Positions 13,899 through 13,943 of a DNA stretch of 13,943 nt are shown piece by piece. This DNA comes from Desulfuromonadaceae bacterium (lineage in GTDB: Bacteria > Desulfobacterota > Desulfuromonadia > Desulfuromonadales > JAHYIW01): positions 1 to 13,943 of the forward strand of contig JAHYIW010000042.1 in NCBI GenBank assembly GCA_019429445.1. The letters are read 5' to 3'. How positions within the stretch are numbered: the first letter of the stretch is position 1; every line of letters begins with the position of its first letter. The position numbers and the translations under genes were made by a program. The notes under the pieces are model-generated. The model searched no databases and was not told the origin of the DNA. It worked only from the letters and a program-made list of their open reading frames with translations.

Positions 13899-13918
13899 GG
13901 GCAAAAAGGAGCTGAAAT

Positions 13919-13943
13919 ATGAGCCAAACAGCTGGGTTTGCAG
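13919..13943 (+). CDS. 5' end of an unidentified gene (MSQTAGFA...), continuing beyond the window
   Basis: ATG 13919 is preceded by AAAGGAG (13905-13911) at 7-nt spacing. Only 8 codons are visible. Confidence 0.4.

Noticed and set aside
1-13943. CRISPR arrays, rRNA genes, integrase or att sites, toxin-antitoxin pairs with small adjacent ORFs
   Set aside because: No regularly spaced direct repeats, no rRNA-like conserved stretches, and no tyrosine/serine recombinase or small bicistronic TA-like ORF pairs were seen on either strand.

Overview
This 13.9-kb window comes from a moderately GC-rich bacterium. The cytochrome content, gene order and ribosome-binding-site style suggest a Desulfuromonadales-like deltaproteobacterium, but that is a guess. 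It has three parts. (1) Left, about 1-3.3 kb on the minus strand: a partial gene for a secreted outer-membrane beta-barrel-like protein, and a translationally coupled two-component operon. The operon encodes a histidine kinase with a large membrane-embedded sensor and a response regulator carrying an uncommon REC-ArsR/SmtB winged-helix output domain. (2) Middle, about 3.3-9.4 kb, AT-richer and with several near-consensus sigma70 promoters: an apparent accessory island. It holds a RelA/SpoT-family small alarmone synthetase-like gene, broken by a frameshift inside its catalytic motif and followed by an uncharacterised 175-aa C-terminal domain. Then comes a secreted pentahaem c-type cytochrome with its own promoter and intrinsic terminator. 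Next is a truncated ISAs1-family-like transposase gene (N-terminal domains only, DDE domain deleted). Last is a two-gene operon encoding a YdjI-like SPFH/Band-7 protein with a C-terminal SHOCT domain and a YdjG-like protein with three zinc ribbons. (3) Right, about 9.4-13.9 kb: a convergent lipoprotein gene with two carboxypeptidase-regulatory-like domains, then a much GC-richer block (about 62-65% GC). This block encodes FAD-dependent glycerol-3-phosphate dehydrogenase, which looks leaderless, and leucyl aminopeptidase PepA, translationally coupled to it. It ends with the first 8 codons of a further gene. No rRNA, tRNA or CRISPR was found. All homology calls come from motif recognition by eye, since no searches could be run. 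The most interesting candidates are the frameshifted RelA/SpoT-domain gene (possibly a fused toxSAS-type defence or toxin gene, now decaying) and the IS-adjacent SPFH-SHOCT plus zinc-ribbon module.
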